DNA of 64,000 bases from the human T2T-CHM13v2.0 reference genome, Homo sapiens. The stretch lies in assembly GCF_009914755.1 (NCBI RefSeq), contig NC_060947.1; one strand, 5' to 3'. Below the pieces are notes generated by a model. That model was not told the origin of the DNA. It did not search any database and worked only from the letters and a program-made list of their open reading frames with translations. Shown here piece by piece: positions 1 to 15,453 of the stretch. The stretch's first letter is position 1, and each line of letters begins with the position of its first letter. The translations under genes and the position numbers were made by a program.

Positions 1-660
1 TACATTTTAATGTAACTATATATGTCTGGATTTAAGTCTTCCATTTTGTGTGTGTGTGTGTGTGTTTGTGTGTGTGTGTTCTGTTTGTTCCCTCTGCTTT
101 TCATTTCTCTGTTTTATTTTTCCTTTGGATCACTTCAATATTTTTAAAAAATCGGTTTTGATTCATCTGTAGTGTTCTTGAGTGTATCTTTTCATATAAA
201 ATTTTTAGTGGTTGTAGGCATTACATTATACATAAATAACTTATCAATGTCTACAGACATTTTAACGGTTTGAGTGAGGTATAGAAATCTCATATCCTCT
301 TAAATTTCTATTCTTCCCCCATTTATAATTTTCTCAAATATTTCCTCTGTATACATTAAGAACACAATCAGACAATATTATAATTTTTATTTAAACTATC
401 AAATGTAATTTAGAAAACTTAAGTGGAGAAGGAAAGTCTATTGCATTTACCCATATTTTAACTCTTCCATTGTTCTTTCTTCTTTTCTGATGTTCCCAAA
501 TTCGTTCTTTTATCATTTTTTTCATGCTTCAAGAACTTACTTTAGCCATAGCAAAGGTATATTGGTGACAGATTCTTTTAGTTTTCCTTTGTCTGAGAAT
601 GTCTTGATTTCCACTTATTTCCTAAGAAATATTTTCACTGGACATAGAGATTAGCCTATA
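1..660 (-). mobile_element. Old L1 (L1M-type) fragment with embedded (TG)n at 48-78
   Basis: T-rich L1M-like phrases such as 'gtctgagaatgtcttgatttcc...attttcactggacatagag'. Confidence 0.6.
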
Positions 661-1749
661 ATTTTCTTTTTTGTCATTTTGTTGTCTTCATTTTCCTTTG
701 AAGTAAGACTCAAAGCCCTTGCAGGGCTACAGTCTAGCATAACACTAGATTTGTAATACTCACTATTCTATGTTTTATTTTAGAACTGTTATTCACATAT
801 GAGAGGGTGCCTCTGAAGTTGTGCAAAATAAACAGCCAATTGCTGAAAGTAAGAGGAATTGGAGAGGTTTAAGGAATACAAGTGGAGATTTTAATAGGCA
901 CTGAAAGAATGGGAGAGGGAACTGACAAGTAAAATGATGGCTGAGTGATGTTGAGGGTCCAGCTGAGAAAACAAGCCATCTCTTTGTAGTGGCTTCAATC
1001 TGCATAGCTGGGTGGTTTTCTTTTGCAGCCTGAAATAGAGGGTAGTTGGAAGCAGCAGTGAGAGGATAAATTTAAGGAAAGCTTTAAAAGTTTTGTTCTT
1101 GTCTCTCCTCCAATTGCCTACCTACATTATCTACCCTTCACTACAGAAATCGGCAGAAATATCTCCAACCATAGTTACCAGTGTATGGAGGGTGTATCAG
1201 AGTATATCAGGGCAGCAAAAAAGCCCTGCTTGGTTGAGTGGGAGGCTGTTGAAAACAGATAGGGACTCCCCTGCTCCATTGTTCATTCACTCCTCCACAC
1301 TTTTCAAATCCCCAAAGTTGATGAGTTACAACCTGGGACACTGATACCCCCCCAGCACTGCTTCTTTCAAACAAGTTTTAAGATGAAGCCTTGATCATAT
1401 CAGTTGCTTATAGAGTGGCAGCAAATGGGAATTATTAACATGTTCTGAGCTACCTGGGGCTCTCCTTTCCTCACTCTTCAAACACAATGAGGCTGACATA
1501 GACTAATACAGAGAAGGTAAAGTGCATGCACACATACACGCACACACACAATCACAGAACTTAAACATAAACTTCTCAAAGTTTCCAGAGAGAAAAATCA
1601 AGTCCTCTACAAAGAAAGGAATTAAATTGACAACAGACTTTTAGCAACATTGAATACAAGACAATATTTTAAAGGACTGGACCTGTAATGCTTAAAATGA
1701 CTTTGAACCTATAATTTTATATTCAGCCATTTTTAAATTAATTAATTAA

Positions 1750-2186
<437 letters not shown>

Positions 2187-3644
2187 TTTTTTAACTTAAA
2201 TGTAGCATAGTAATAAATATATTCTGTGGCATGCACTATCTCAGAAGGTTTGTCACACAAAGACCCTCATTGAAGACAATTTTGGAGGAGGTCTTCAAAT
2301 TAGAAAGGAAAAAAATACAGGAGATGCTGCAAAGACATGGGGAGTAAGGGCAAGTATACACTGGTAGTATAGTTTATTGCTGACTTGATAATTAAATACT
2401 GAGCAGAAAAGAAGAAAAAGTGTATATCCATAGTAACTCAGAACAGATATTTTTAAACATTATCAAAGTGATGGGGAAGGTGTGGTGGAACTCAAAAAAC
2501 ATGAGAACATTTTCAAGTACTTGTAATGTTAAGAGAAAAATGTAGATACTGATAAATTTAAGAAACTAATATGGTTAAATTAACATGGGTATTTGTTAGT
2601 TAAGGGCAACTAAAATAAGAACCAAAATGGCAGTTATAACTTGTAAACCAGAAGAAGAAAATTCATCCTATTTTGTAGAAAATAGGAAAGAAGAAAAATA
2701 TAAGTGATTCAAAAATGATTTACAGTGTGGATTTCCTCTAAATGTTGAAAACATCCACTATGTGTCCTGGGTGACAGTGGTTGAAGCGAAGTAGAATTGA
2801 GGCATTCAACAGAACTGAGAAGTTAAGGTGTTGGATGACATGTCTGCATGGATACCATTACCAGAGCTGAGAAAAGTTTATCCTCCTTTAAGACTTCTGT
2901 CTTTGTATTTTCCTCCCCTCTATCCTCTTGGCAAAACCCTATAATTTATGGGGAATGAAAAAATTAACAATTTTAATCGGAGAGGGCTGTATGGGAAGTA
3001 GAATCTTCAGTGGAGTGCCAGGTCTCAATTACAGATGTGCAGGAAATGTTCAAATAAGAGGGACAACATTTCTGTATATTTTCATAGGCTGAGCTTATTT
3101 TACTGTGCAACAGGGCACCCGGGAAAACTGTGGAAAGGTTTAAAAAGAGGGGATTCTGTGATGGAAGATAACTGGGGAAGGAATTCATGATTATATTATG
3201 AGAGTAGGAAGAGGATAGGTGATAGTGTGAGGAGGTGCTTGCCTTTGGGTGGTGTCTAGGGATTACAAGGATAAAAAGCATAGATAAAATTGGCTGCACA
3301 CAAAATCCCCAACATTACTTCACATTGTTTTATATCCAGAATGAGCTGAATTGTTAGATGATAAACAACCAGCACCCCTAACATTGTCCCACCTCCTCAC
3401 TGTAGTTTACTTGCTGTGTTCAAAGCAGAGATAAAGCCTCCTCCAGTCCCCATTCTTCCTTTCATCTCTTTTCTTCCTCTCCCATCTCTCACTTCTCCCT
3501 CACATCCCCATATCACATCACTACTTACTGCCTCTGGACAGTTCAGTGGCTAGACAAGATTACACCTAACGTAACCATTGGACAACTCATAGGACTTTAG
3601 ACAAAGGTTGCCACCTTGTGGTCAGAGGCAAAAATAACCAAGGG

Positions 3645-3832
3645 TCTTGGGTCACCGACTTGAGTGTACATCAGAATCAGCTAGAGGGCTTGTTAAAATA
3701 GAATGCTGGGCCCCAATCCCATATTTGCTGATTTAGTAGGTCTGAGTTGGGACTTAAAAACTTGTATTTCTAACATATTCCCAGATGATGCTGCCATTGT
3801 TGCTTCAAGGACCACACTTTGAGAACCACTGC
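3645..3832. mobile_element. MER5A hAT-Charlie DNA transposon
   Basis: 'catcagaatcagctagagggcttgttaaaata...tttctaaca...ccacactttgagaaccactg'. Confidence 0.8.
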
Positions 3833-4087
3833 TTTAGACAAATCTTTTTCAGGATAGGTAGACCTCCATTTGGTCATCCAAGATTGGTAGAATTAGAGTT
3901 TGAACACAAACATGTTTGAATTAATTTTTTGCTACCTTATTATTAGGAAATGCATGTGGTACTGCTTGGGCAACAGCCTCACTTGTTTTCTTTATCCTGG
4001 ACAAGGTAACCACTAAATAAAGAAAGAAGTGGCATCCATTCTCCCTGCATAGATTGAATGTACCATGGTATATGTAACAATTCCAGT

Positions 4088-4257
4088 GCCAGGCACAGTG
4101 CCTCATGCCTGTAATCCTAACACATTGGGAAGCCGAGGCAGGAGGATCGCTTGAGCTCAGGAGTTTGAAGCTGCAGTGAGCTATGATTATGCCACTGTAC
4201 TCCAGTCTGGGCCACAGAGTAAGACCCCACCTCAAACAAACAAACAAACAAAAAAAC
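4088..4257 (+). mobile_element. Alu monomer (FRAM/FAM-like) with (CAAA)n tail
   Basis: Single arm from 'gccaggcacagtg' to 'agaccccacctc', then an A-rich tail. Confidence 0.8.
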
Positions 4258-4836
4258 ACCCAATTCTTTTACTGTTGGACATTTAGGTTATTTCCAAATT
4301 TTCACAATTGTTAAACAAATTTAAAGTTAACTCTCTTGTTCCAAACCCTTCTCTTGTCATTTCCTGAATACCATTGATAGAATAACTTTGATGCAATTTA
4401 ATGATGCTAAAGTCTCCTGAGTGAGGATGGGTAGGATCAAAGGGAATATGGGAGCCAAAAAATCCTATTCCACCAAAAGTACTACTATAAGCAAAACTGG
4501 ACACAGGCTCCTGCTCTCTTGGAGATTACAGTCTAGCACAGGATTCAAATATTAATCAGCTATTCATACAAGTAAATATAGAGTTGTGGATGTAAAAATG
4601 CTGTGAAGGAAAGATCAACAGTGTGGTAGGCAGTGTGATAGTACTTGGGAATTTTGTTCCCAGATTGTAATAATAAACTTTCAAAAATTGGCTACTAACA
4701 TTTTAATAATAAATTTGTTATGATTAATATTTTGACATATTTTCAAATTTATGCCTGTATACTGGAATTTCAATATATAATGAGGATTTTTGGATTTGGG
4801 CTTAGTTTTTGCTTAATCTTGATTTTGATACCTAGC

Positions 4837-5321
4837 TGTGGGGGTTTGTCCTGCAGACCTTGACTTAATGATGGATGAATAACATATACTGACACAGATA
4901 TTTTGCCTGTCAGTCCGGCTGAGGGTCTGGGCCACTTATAGACACCAAGGAGGGTGGTGTAAAGAGTTGCAGCTGCAGCCCTGACTTGCTGGCCCTACTG
5001 GCATTTATTTAGCACACATTAAATGACAAAGGCTTTGGGTCAACACCATTAGAGGGTAATTAACCTGGTAGCCTTCTCCCTGAGAGAGCCATCCTGCCCT
5101 TGAATGATCAAAGGTTAGTTTTAGGACCACATGAATAAACAAGTTATTTAGATAAAGTCCTCTACATTCCTATGTATCTATGCCCTAAGCTTTTAAGAGA
5201 ATTCAGCTGCCTTCAGCCAAACACTACTGAAACCATGCAAACCCCCAGGCCTTCCAAGAGGGTTTGTGTTTATTTCCTATAATTTCACAATTTCTCCCAC
5301 CATCCTGACTGAACCCCTACA
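4837..5321 (-). mobile_element. Solo LTR, HERV-K class (LTR22/HML-5-like)
   Basis: TG...CA termini and a perfect 6-bp TSD cctagc (4831-4836 and 5322-5327). The minus strand begins TGTAGGGGTTCAGTCAGGATGGTGGGAGAAATTG, like recalled LTR22. Internal AATAAA on the minus strand at about 5004-5009. Confidence 0.82.
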
Positions 5322-5396
5322 CCTAGCCAAGCATCATTTGGCTAAACTGCAGATTAAGTGAACCTCTACCACATATCTTATACCACTTTGCCTCTC

Positions 5397-5855
5397 TGTG
5401 GGGGAAAATTTTTCAGGTGGTCTTTATGATCCCCACCTCCTGGTGTTCACACCCCTGTATAATCCCCTCCCCTGGAGTGTAAGTGGGAAGTGTGGCTTGA
5501 TTCTAAACAATAGAATATGGCAAAGGTGATGGGATGTCACTCCTGTGATTACAATATATGACTCCATCTTGCTAGCTGATTTTAGAGTCTTTCTCTCTCC
5601 ATTGCTTGTTTGGAAAAAGCAGCCAGCCATAAGTCTTAAAGCCACAAGGAAAGGAACTGCTCAGAACTAGAGTGAGCTTGGAAGTGGATCCTTCCCCTGT
5701 CAAGCCTCTAAATGAGAGCCCAGCCCTGACCAAGACCTTGATTGCAGTCTTACAGAGGACCCAGCTAAGCTGTGCCTTGACGTGAAAAACTATGAGATAG
5801 TAAATGTGAGTCATTTTAAGCCATTCAGTTGTGGCATCATAGTAAAGGAATATAC
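5397..5855 (+). mobile_element. MaLR LTR (MLT1E/F-like)
   Basis: 'ccccacctcctggtgttcacacccctgtataatcccctcccc...tagaatatggcaaaggtgatgggatgtcac'. Confidence 0.8.
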
Positions 5856-6662
5856 CTCCTCAGCACTTCAACCCCTTTGACTTGTATTCAGCATTCTTGG
5901 TCTCTCATATGACACTCCCTCTACCCGGATTGTTCCCTCTCCTTCTTCACTTCACTTTTGCCTAGCTAACTCTTTCAGGTTTTAACTGAATTGTTACTTC
6001 CTTTGGAAAGATTCTCTTAACTTCCATTTTGGAGATTTTTCTTCCTTGAAAAATTTGGATTGACACTGGTTTTAAGTCATCCTCATAAGATGTGAAAAAT
6101 TCCCAAATAAGATTTTTTCCTAAAGGAATCATGAAATGATTAACTAAAATTTAATATGTACATAAAGGTTATTTTGGTTACTATTGTGAATGCTAACACC
6201 TCAACCAAGTGTATAGTTTAAAATTATAATATACTTGAACCTCTATTATTTAAAGTTTTCAAAGACTGTCTCAAAATTGATATAATATTCTCCCTAAGGT
6301 TATTTAGTGAGTGTATGCTCTCATAATTTGTACTAACTACCAATCTGCTTCCATATTTAACTATTTGGAAGTTAAGTTTTATGGAGATAAATTTAAGAGT
6401 TCTTACAATCAGCATTATTGTATTTTATTCTTTCAAAGATACACATTTATTTTTCAACGGATTGACAGAATTAAAATATATAGAACATAAGAGATTTTCT
6501 CCCTAGTTTTATCTAGAATGCTTAACTATGTTTTAAAGTGAATATTAAAATATTAATAACTCCAAATGACTTCCATTATTCATATTACTGTCATTATTAT
6601 GCAGTAGCCTAGGTGATCACCTGATCATTGATCATGCACAAGTTTAAGAATGTCAGAAATAA

Positions 6663-7722
6663 TGGTTTTGGTAGACTGTATTATTTGTTAAAAATTATTC
6701 ATTTCGTCCCCACCCTATAGGTAGAGTATACCTTAGTGTCCAATTGTCCTTAGGACTGGCTAGTCAGTGACTTGCTTTAGTCAATAGAATGTAAGTAGAT
6801 GTGATGTGCAGACTCTAGGATGGCCTCCATGTTCCTCACCTCCTAGTATTCATGCCCTGGTACAATCCTCTCCCCTTGAGTGTGATGGCCCTGTGACATG
6901 CTTCTAAATGATAGAATATGGCAAAGGTGATAAAATGTCTAATTTGTGATTATATTACATTCTATATGATCTAGTCTTACTATCAGATTCACTTTAGAGA
7001 CTCTCCTTACTAGCTTGATGAAGTAAGCAGCCATGTTGCCATATTATAAGGAACTGTGGCAAGGCTTCTAGGAACTCTGAGCAGCATCTAGGAACTGCAG
7101 GCAGCCACTAGGAGGTGAGGGTGGCCTTTAGGATCTGAAGGTAGTCTTCAGCTGATAGTCAGAAAGCAGTGCCCTCAGCTCTATGGCCACAAGAAAATGT
7201 ATCTGCCAACAATATGAGTGAGCTTGGAAGCAGATTCTTCCACAGTCAAGCCTTCAGATGAGATTGCAGCCTGGCTGACACCTTGACTGCAGCTTTGTGA
7301 AACTGTTAAGTAGAGGACACAGTTAAGTTATGCTCAGACTTCTGACCCACAGAAACTGTGAGGTAATAAATATGTGTTGTTTTAAGCTACTGAGTTTGTG
7401 GTAATGTTATAATAGAAAACTAATACAATGGGCATGATATACCCTACATCAGAGCAGCCACTTAAATATCCTTTCATGGTTTGGCTCTGTCTCTCTTGAG
7501 CTTTTGACTTCCAAAAGGAGAAACATGTACCCAAGAGAGTTGCAGATCTTTCATCTTCAGTCCCTGAATCAGAAGATTCATGATGGTACCTGAACCCAGC
7601 CAAGGCCAGCAAAGTTGTAGCTAGCCATTAGCCTTCATGTGAGATGAAAAGAAAATGTTTGTTGTTGCAAACCACTGAAAACTGAGGGTCATTGGCTGCT
7701 GCAGCAAAAGCTAAGTAATTCA
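6663..7722 (+). mobile_element. Older MLT1 (H/I/J-like) LTR interrupted by an MLT1E/F-like LTR (about 6805-7427)
   Basis: The inner LTR ends 'aactaataca'. The outer has 'gacttgctttagtcaatagaatgtaagtagatgtga' before the insert and resumes to 'gcagcaaaagctaagtaattca'. Confidence 0.7.
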
Positions 7723-7829
7723 ATGCTGAAGAAGATATTTGGCTATTCAGTCTTTAAATATCAAAGCCAAAGCTATAAATGAATCTGAAAAGCAGGTTTG
7801 CCCAGATAATGAGGTTGAAGCTGATGTTG

Positions 7830-9060
7830 GTACATCATTAGGCATAGATGGGCATGCAGAGCCTCACAGGCAATGGAAAGGGCTTTGAAACCTATCAAAA
7901 TGACCTAGACAGGAGAAGGGGTGATATAATCATATTTGGGTTTTGGCAAGATCACCCTGGCTACAGCATGAACAGTCTACAGAAAGCAAGAAATGGCATA
8001 AGAAGAATAGTTAGGCTAATGATGTAGTTCAGAGGATAATAGTTGTGGAAAAATAAGTGAATAGATTTGAGACATATTTAGGAGACAGAATTGATAGGAC
8101 TTGGTGATCAATTCTATATGGAAGGGGTGAGAAAGAGGAGGATGTCTGGGATTACTCTAGGACTTCTAGCTTTCCTAGTTGGTTGGAGAGGAGTATTAAT
8201 CACTGAGATATAAAGAACACTAGAGGGAATCAGGTTCGGGAGGGGAAAATCAAATGTTTAATTTTGGATACATTAATATTTGGATTTTGGGGTGTCATTG
8301 AGCCAACCAGATATAAAGTTTTGGAGCTATGAAAAAATATGAACTGGAGATATAAATTTGGGAGCCAGCTTTATATGGGAGATTAACTAACCATGGGTAT
8401 GTATGATTAAGAAAGAGAGTTGGGCAAGAGCATACAGCAAGAAGAGAAGAGGGGCCTAGGACCAAGTTTTAAGAAAGTCCAACATTTAATGATTGTATTG
8501 AGGAGGATAAGCCAGTGTAAGATATCACCAGAAATATGAAGCCCACAGCAAAGCCTTCGTGAATTGTTACTACCATGTATTTCTGAGGTGTTTACTATGA
8601 GCTTGGGGCACTGTGCTAAGTGTTAGTGGTATAAATTAGTTTCTGCCCTCAAGAAGCCCACAGCCTAAAGGGAGAGACAGAAAGTGTAAACAATGATCAT
8701 ATCCGAATACCACACACTGTTATTAGTATATCAACAGGATGTTTCTGAAGGATGTGAAATCTGAGTTGACACCAAAGGACACGCTGGAATTGGCTAAATA
8801 GGGAACTCAGGGAGTGGGGTGGTGGATTTTCAGGTAGAGGGACCAGCCTTTTTGAGTGTATAGAGGGATGAGACTGCATGACACATTTGCAGAACCAGCT
8901 AGAGCTAAGGATGAGTGTGAGAAGGTGTTAGGGGTCATAGCTGGAGAAGCACACAGGAGACAGAACATGAAGGGCCTTATATGCAAGAATCAGGACTTCA
9001 TCCTCTGGGCAGCCAGGTCAATTAGAGGGAGCTGGGCCAGTGTGCAATTTGGAGGCAAAA
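7830..9060 (-). mobile_element. L2 fragments (two blocks, about 7830-8520 and 8570-9060)
   Basis: Purine-rich L2 phrases 'gatcaccctggct', 'gataggacttggtgat', 'ggagatataaatttgggag'. Confidence 0.7.
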
Positions 9061-10251
9061 TTTGGAGCATGGTGTTATGCAGCTAGGCAGGGTGTTTGTT
9101 CTTCAGTTTAATAGCCACCAAAATATCCTCTTCACAAAACTGATAAAAGAGCACGAGGTCACAGAGTGAGAAGGGCAGAACTGCGTCCAGGTCTAAGGGT
9201 TTTGAGTGCCATTCCAGCGAGCTCCCAAAGATACATGGTTTTTCTCACTCAGAGATTGCTTCAATAACAGACTTGGTTTGGGTTATCTTTTGTCAAAACT
9301 GGATTTTTTTTTTATAAAAGATTTTAGTAACGGTCTGAGTTTTATGACAGGCTTATCTGATAGAACAAAATATCTACCAGCCTGTGAGAAAGTGTCCAAA
9401 ATTATGTTCTAAATGCATAATATTATCTAATTTATCCACAATCTCATTACTCTTTTCTATCTGCCTCTCCTCACTCTTACCACTGCCCACTTTTCTAAAA
9501 GAAAACTAAAGCTTCCATATTTGTAAAAGGTGCTTAAATATATAGTCATTTATGAGACTTCTAAACAGTAGCTGTTTAAGTTTAGCCCAAATAAGAGTTT
9601 TCTCTCAATTATAAGTTATCATTTATTGTATCTGCTGAGTTTGGTCTGCTTTTTCATCTTTATCAAATTTAAAACTGAGGAGAAATCAGGGAACAAGTTG
9701 TTATTTTTTCAGCACTTTGACTTATTCACATTTAATCTAATGCATTTTCAAGCTGGAAAGATTTTTTACTCATGGCCTTTTCCCAGATTTTTTCCTTTGC
9801 AAAAAATAGAATCAACTCAACACCCAGGGAGGTGAGTTCCATTAATTATCCTTTTCAGATAGAAAATAAGTAGCTGGGAGGAAAATGGGAATTCAAAGCC
9901 ATGTTATTTTACTCTGTTAATGGCAGTAAGCAACTCCAGAATGAAGGGTCATATTGAAGAAACTTAAGCAGTTTACAAACAGAATGTGGTCTGTTAATGT
10001 TTACACTGCTCAGGAGGAGAGGAGCTTTTGCCAGAACCCCTTAGTCTTTGGCCATGTTTGAATGTTGCACAGAATGGGCAAGATTTCCATGTGACATGAA
10101 TTGATTTTCTCTATCAAGAGTGGAATTCAACCTTTCTGTCTAAACTACTTTCAAATCCTACCTCTTCAGTGATAGTTTGTCATCCTTTTGCTAGACAATT
10201 TTTTAAAAATCTCATCACAAATCCTATGGAGAAAATATCTTTGGTGAAAAT

Positions 10252-10899
10252 CTTTTATTGTATATATTTAAGGTGTACAAATGATGTTTTGACATCCATT
10301 ACATAGTGAAATGATTGCTACAGTCATGCAAATTAAATATGCATTTCCTCACATAATTACCCTCTTTTGCAGTAAGAGCACCTGAAATCTACTCTTAGAA
10401 AATTTCCAGTATTCAATACAGCATTATTAACTATAGAACTTATGCTGTACATGAGATCTCTAGATTTATACATCTTATGTAGCTGCAACTTTGTAGCTTT
10501 GACCAACATCCTCATTTCTTCCACCTCCATCCCCCTGTGTGTTTGACTTTTTTAGCTTCCACATATGAGATTACGCAGTATTTTTCTTTCTGTGTCTGGT
10601 TTGTTTCACTTAGCATAATACCCTCCGGGTTCATCCATTTTGTCATAAATAGCAGGCTTTTATCAAAAAGGCAAGGGATAACAAATGTTGATGAGGGTAT
10701 GGAGGAAAGGAAACCCTGGTACATTGTTGGTGGGAATGTAAATTAGTACCCCATTTTGGAAAATAGTGTATATTCCTCAAAATATTAAGAATACGATGAC
10801 CATATGATGCAGAGATTCTTCTTCTGGGTAAATACCCAAAGGAAATGAAATCAGTATCTCGAAGAGATATCTGCACTCTCATGTTCACTGAAACATTAT
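10252..10899 (-). mobile_element. L1MA-type 3' end with 5' inversion (twin priming): 10252-~10655 minus, ~10656-10899 plus
   Basis: Orientation switches near 10655. Flanked by tct(t/c)tggtgaaaat direct repeats at 10238-10251 and 10900-10913. Confidence 0.8.
10254..10259 (-). terminator. Candidate distal polyadenylation signal AATAAA, at the 3' end of an L1
   Basis: Plus-strand tttatt at the 3' terminus of a minus-strand L1MA-type element. Confidence 0.55.
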
Positions 10900-11059
10900 T
10901 CTCTGGTGAAAATTAATGCAAAAAATATTTTAGTTACTGCAGTAGCAAAGAGATTCATGAGTTTAGCCTATTGCACATAGCTGAAGAAATCAAGGAAGAA
11001 TGTTTCGCATTGCCATACCAGGGTAAAAAGTGATTGTGTGTATATTTCTGTATATAAAG

Positions 11060-11205
11060 TATTATGTAATTGTATATTTATACTTATCTATCTCTTTCAT
11101 TAGGATAAAAGCCCCACGAGAGTGGGGACTTTGTCTATCTTGTCCACTTCTGAATCCCTGAAGCACAAAACAAATTATTGGCACATTAGTTGAATGAATG
11201 AATGG
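11060..11205 (+). mobile_element. L2 3' end
   Basis: 'ggggactttgtctatcttgtccac...ttgaatgaatgaatg' terminal repeat. Confidence 0.7.
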
Positions 11206-11804
11206 CATTGCACACTTACAATCTATTTTGTTTAACTTACAAACAGCAAAAATGCTACCACAATTCTGAATTTTGATTAAATAGTGTTTCAAAATCACAG
11301 ATCTGTTTTAAAGATTAAATGAGGATTTCTGCTTTAAAAATGTATGTTTAGATAGAAAAATAGTGTAAGCAAAGATAAGTGAAAGTGCTTAACCCAGGGT
11401 GGGAAACTCAATGACATTTAAGTTGACTTTAAGTCTAAAGATAGGTTTGAGGAGGAGTGGATGTTTTCCCCAAACCAGCCTCAAATTGGACCTTAAGTGG
11501 TCCACATGCAAAACAGTTCCTTCTCTATTGTTCTGAAGGGGGTGTTTTCTTGGGAGTATAGACTAGTCATCTTGCAGGCAGCTAACAGACTACATTGTTC
11601 TCATCAGATGGTAGTATTGAGCTTGCCAGAAAATTTTACTTACAGTGGGGAACTCCTAAGGCTGAAACATTTTATCTGCAGGTCCAAAAAATCTTGACCT
11701 GGTGCACACAGCAGGGTAGGTAAGGAAAGGAACCATCATCTACGGAGAACCTACCATATGAACAGCTCTACCAGAGACCTCATTTGATTCCTACTTTAGC
11801 TTTA

Positions 11805-12440
11805 TAATAAAAGTTAACATTCATTGGGTACTTATTGTCCTAAGTACTTTGCATGGATTAACTCAATAATTCCTCACAACACAAGGATGTATTTTTGTTT
11901 CCACCATTTGACAGAAGAGGACATCCAGGTACAGGGAAGTTAAACATGCTCAAGGTTACACAATGTGTAAGTGGTGGAGCCAGTATGAAAACCTACGTGG
12001 TGTGGGTTCCAGTGTCCAGGCTTGGAACTGCCTCTGTAAGAGAAGGATTACTATCCTCATTATTTGCTAAGGCTCAATAAATAAAGTGACTTCCAAGGTC
12101 ACATTAACAGAGCTGTCTGACTCCAAAGCTGAAGATGCTTTACTTTTCCTTATATTGTTCTACTTCAATCTCACCTCAATAAAAATAAATCTAGCAGCTA
12201 ACATTTATCAAATACTTACTACATGGCAGACATTATTTTAAGTGCTTCATGTGAATTATCTCATTTAATCAACATAGTAACACTTTGAGGTGGGGCTTTT
12301 ATTAGCCCCCTTCTGTAGATGAAGGTATTAAGGTTGAGAGGAGTCAAGTAACTTATTAAGGTGACACAGTAAATTGGTAGAATCAGGATTTAAAACTTGG
12401 TTTATTTGCCCAATGAGCCGAAGCTCTTATCCATTCTACC
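11805..12440 (-). mobile_element. MIR elements (about 11805-12030 and 12190-12440)
   Basis: Reverse MIR core 'aagttaaacatgctcaaggttacaca', 'aagtaacttattaaggtgacacag'. Confidence 0.7.
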
Positions 12441-13517
12441 ACAATATTTGCCTAGAAATATTGCCCCTCCTTCCCAATAGTAGTCCCTCCCATCTCTCTT
12501 ATTTTTGCTGAAGTCTTAGTACAAGGCTGAGACTACTGTTTGTCCTTATGTTGCTGGGTCTTCCAGGTCTTCAAGGGGAAGGTTGTAATAGTAAAGTCAC
12601 TCCCAAATTCAAATATTGTAAATATTGTACCCTTTGGAGTCAGGAATGAAGTACATGCTCACCATCAACTCAGATTTTTGTCAAGAGGAATGAGACTGAT
12701 GGAAATAATCAATAGCTTTTTTAAAAAAACACACTTATTGAGAAATAATTCATATACCATTTAGCACACCCATTTAAAATGTATACTTCAATGGTTTCCA
12801 GTACATTCAGAGTTGGACAACCAGGATGACAATCTAATTTTATAATATTTTCATCATCCCCAAAAGAAACCCCATGCCTATTGCCCCTGAGCCCCCAGCC
12901 TTGACAACCACTAATCTGCTTTCTACCTTTATAGATTTGCCTGTTTGGGACATTTCATATAAATTAAATCATACAATATGTGGTCTTTTGTGATTGGCTC
13001 CTTTCACTTAGCATATTTTCAAGGTTCATCAATGTTACATGTATCAGTATTTTATCCATTTTTATGGCTAAATAATACCCTACTGTATGCATATATCAAA
13101 GTTTGTTTATCCATTCCTCAGTGGATGGACATTTGGGTCATTTCCACTTTTTGGCTATTATGAGTAATGCCACTTTAAACATTCATGTTCACGCTTTTGT
13201 TTGAACACCTGTTTCCAATTCTCTTGGGTATATACCTAGGGATGGAATTGCTAAGTCATGTGGAAATTCTATGTTTAACATTTGGAGAAACTGCCAAGCT
13301 GTTTTTCAATGAGGTTGCATCAATTTACATCCCCATCAGCAATGTATGAGTGTTCCAATTTCTTCATTTCCTCACCAACACTTGTTATTGTTTGGCTTTT
13401 TGATATAGCTATTCTAGTGGGTATGAAGTGGTATCTCATTGTGGTCTTGATTTGCATTTCCCTAATGAATAGTAGTGCTTGAGCATCTTTCCCTGTGCTT
13501 GCTAGCCAGTTGCATAT

Positions 13518-14196
<679 letters not shown>

Positions 14197-15089
14197 CATA
14201 TTTTCTTTGAAGAAATGTCTATTACAATCTGTTAACCCATTTTTAATTGGTTATTTTTATCATTGAGTTGTAAGAGTCCTTTTCATATTTTGAAGTATCT
14301 GATATGCAAATATTTTCTCCCATTATGTTGCTTGTCTTTTCACTTTTTTATATGGTATATTTTTAGCACAAAAGTTTTTAATTTTGATTTACTCCAATTT
14401 ATTTCTATTTCTTGTATCACTTGTGCAAATCGTCTTAACATTAGGAAGACTTATTACAATGTTTTCTTCTAAGAATTTTATAATTTTGACTCTTACATTC
14501 TATAATCCATTTTGAGTTGATTCTTGCATGTGATTTAAGGAAAACTTCATTTTTTCCCATGTAGATACCCAGTTGTCTCAGCATCATTTGTTAAAAAACT
14601 ATTCTCTCCTCAATTTCTCTTGGGACCCTTGTTGAAATTAACTAACCATATACATGAGGATTTATTTCTGGACTCTCAATTTAATTCCATTTATTTATAC
14701 ACCTACCCTTGTGTCTGTACCACACTGTCTTGATTACTGTAGTTTTGCAGTAAGTTTTGAAGTTGGGATGTATGAGCCCTCCAACTGTTCTTTTTAAAGA
14801 TTGTTTTGACTGTTCCAGGTCCCTTGTAATTCCATATGAATTTTAGAATCAGCTTGTAAACTTACGCAAGGAAGCCACTGGAATTCTGATAAGCATTGGA
14901 TTGAATCTGTAGATCAATTTGGGGCACATTTCATCTTAACAATACTAAGTCTTCCAATCCATGAACATGGAGTGTCTTTCCATTTATTTTGATCTTCTCT
15001 AATCTCTTTCAACAATGTTTTATAGTTTTCAGTGTAAAAGTTTCGCACTTCTTTTGTTAAATTATTCCTAAGTACTTTTTTCTTTTTGA

Positions 15090-15453
<364 letters not shown>

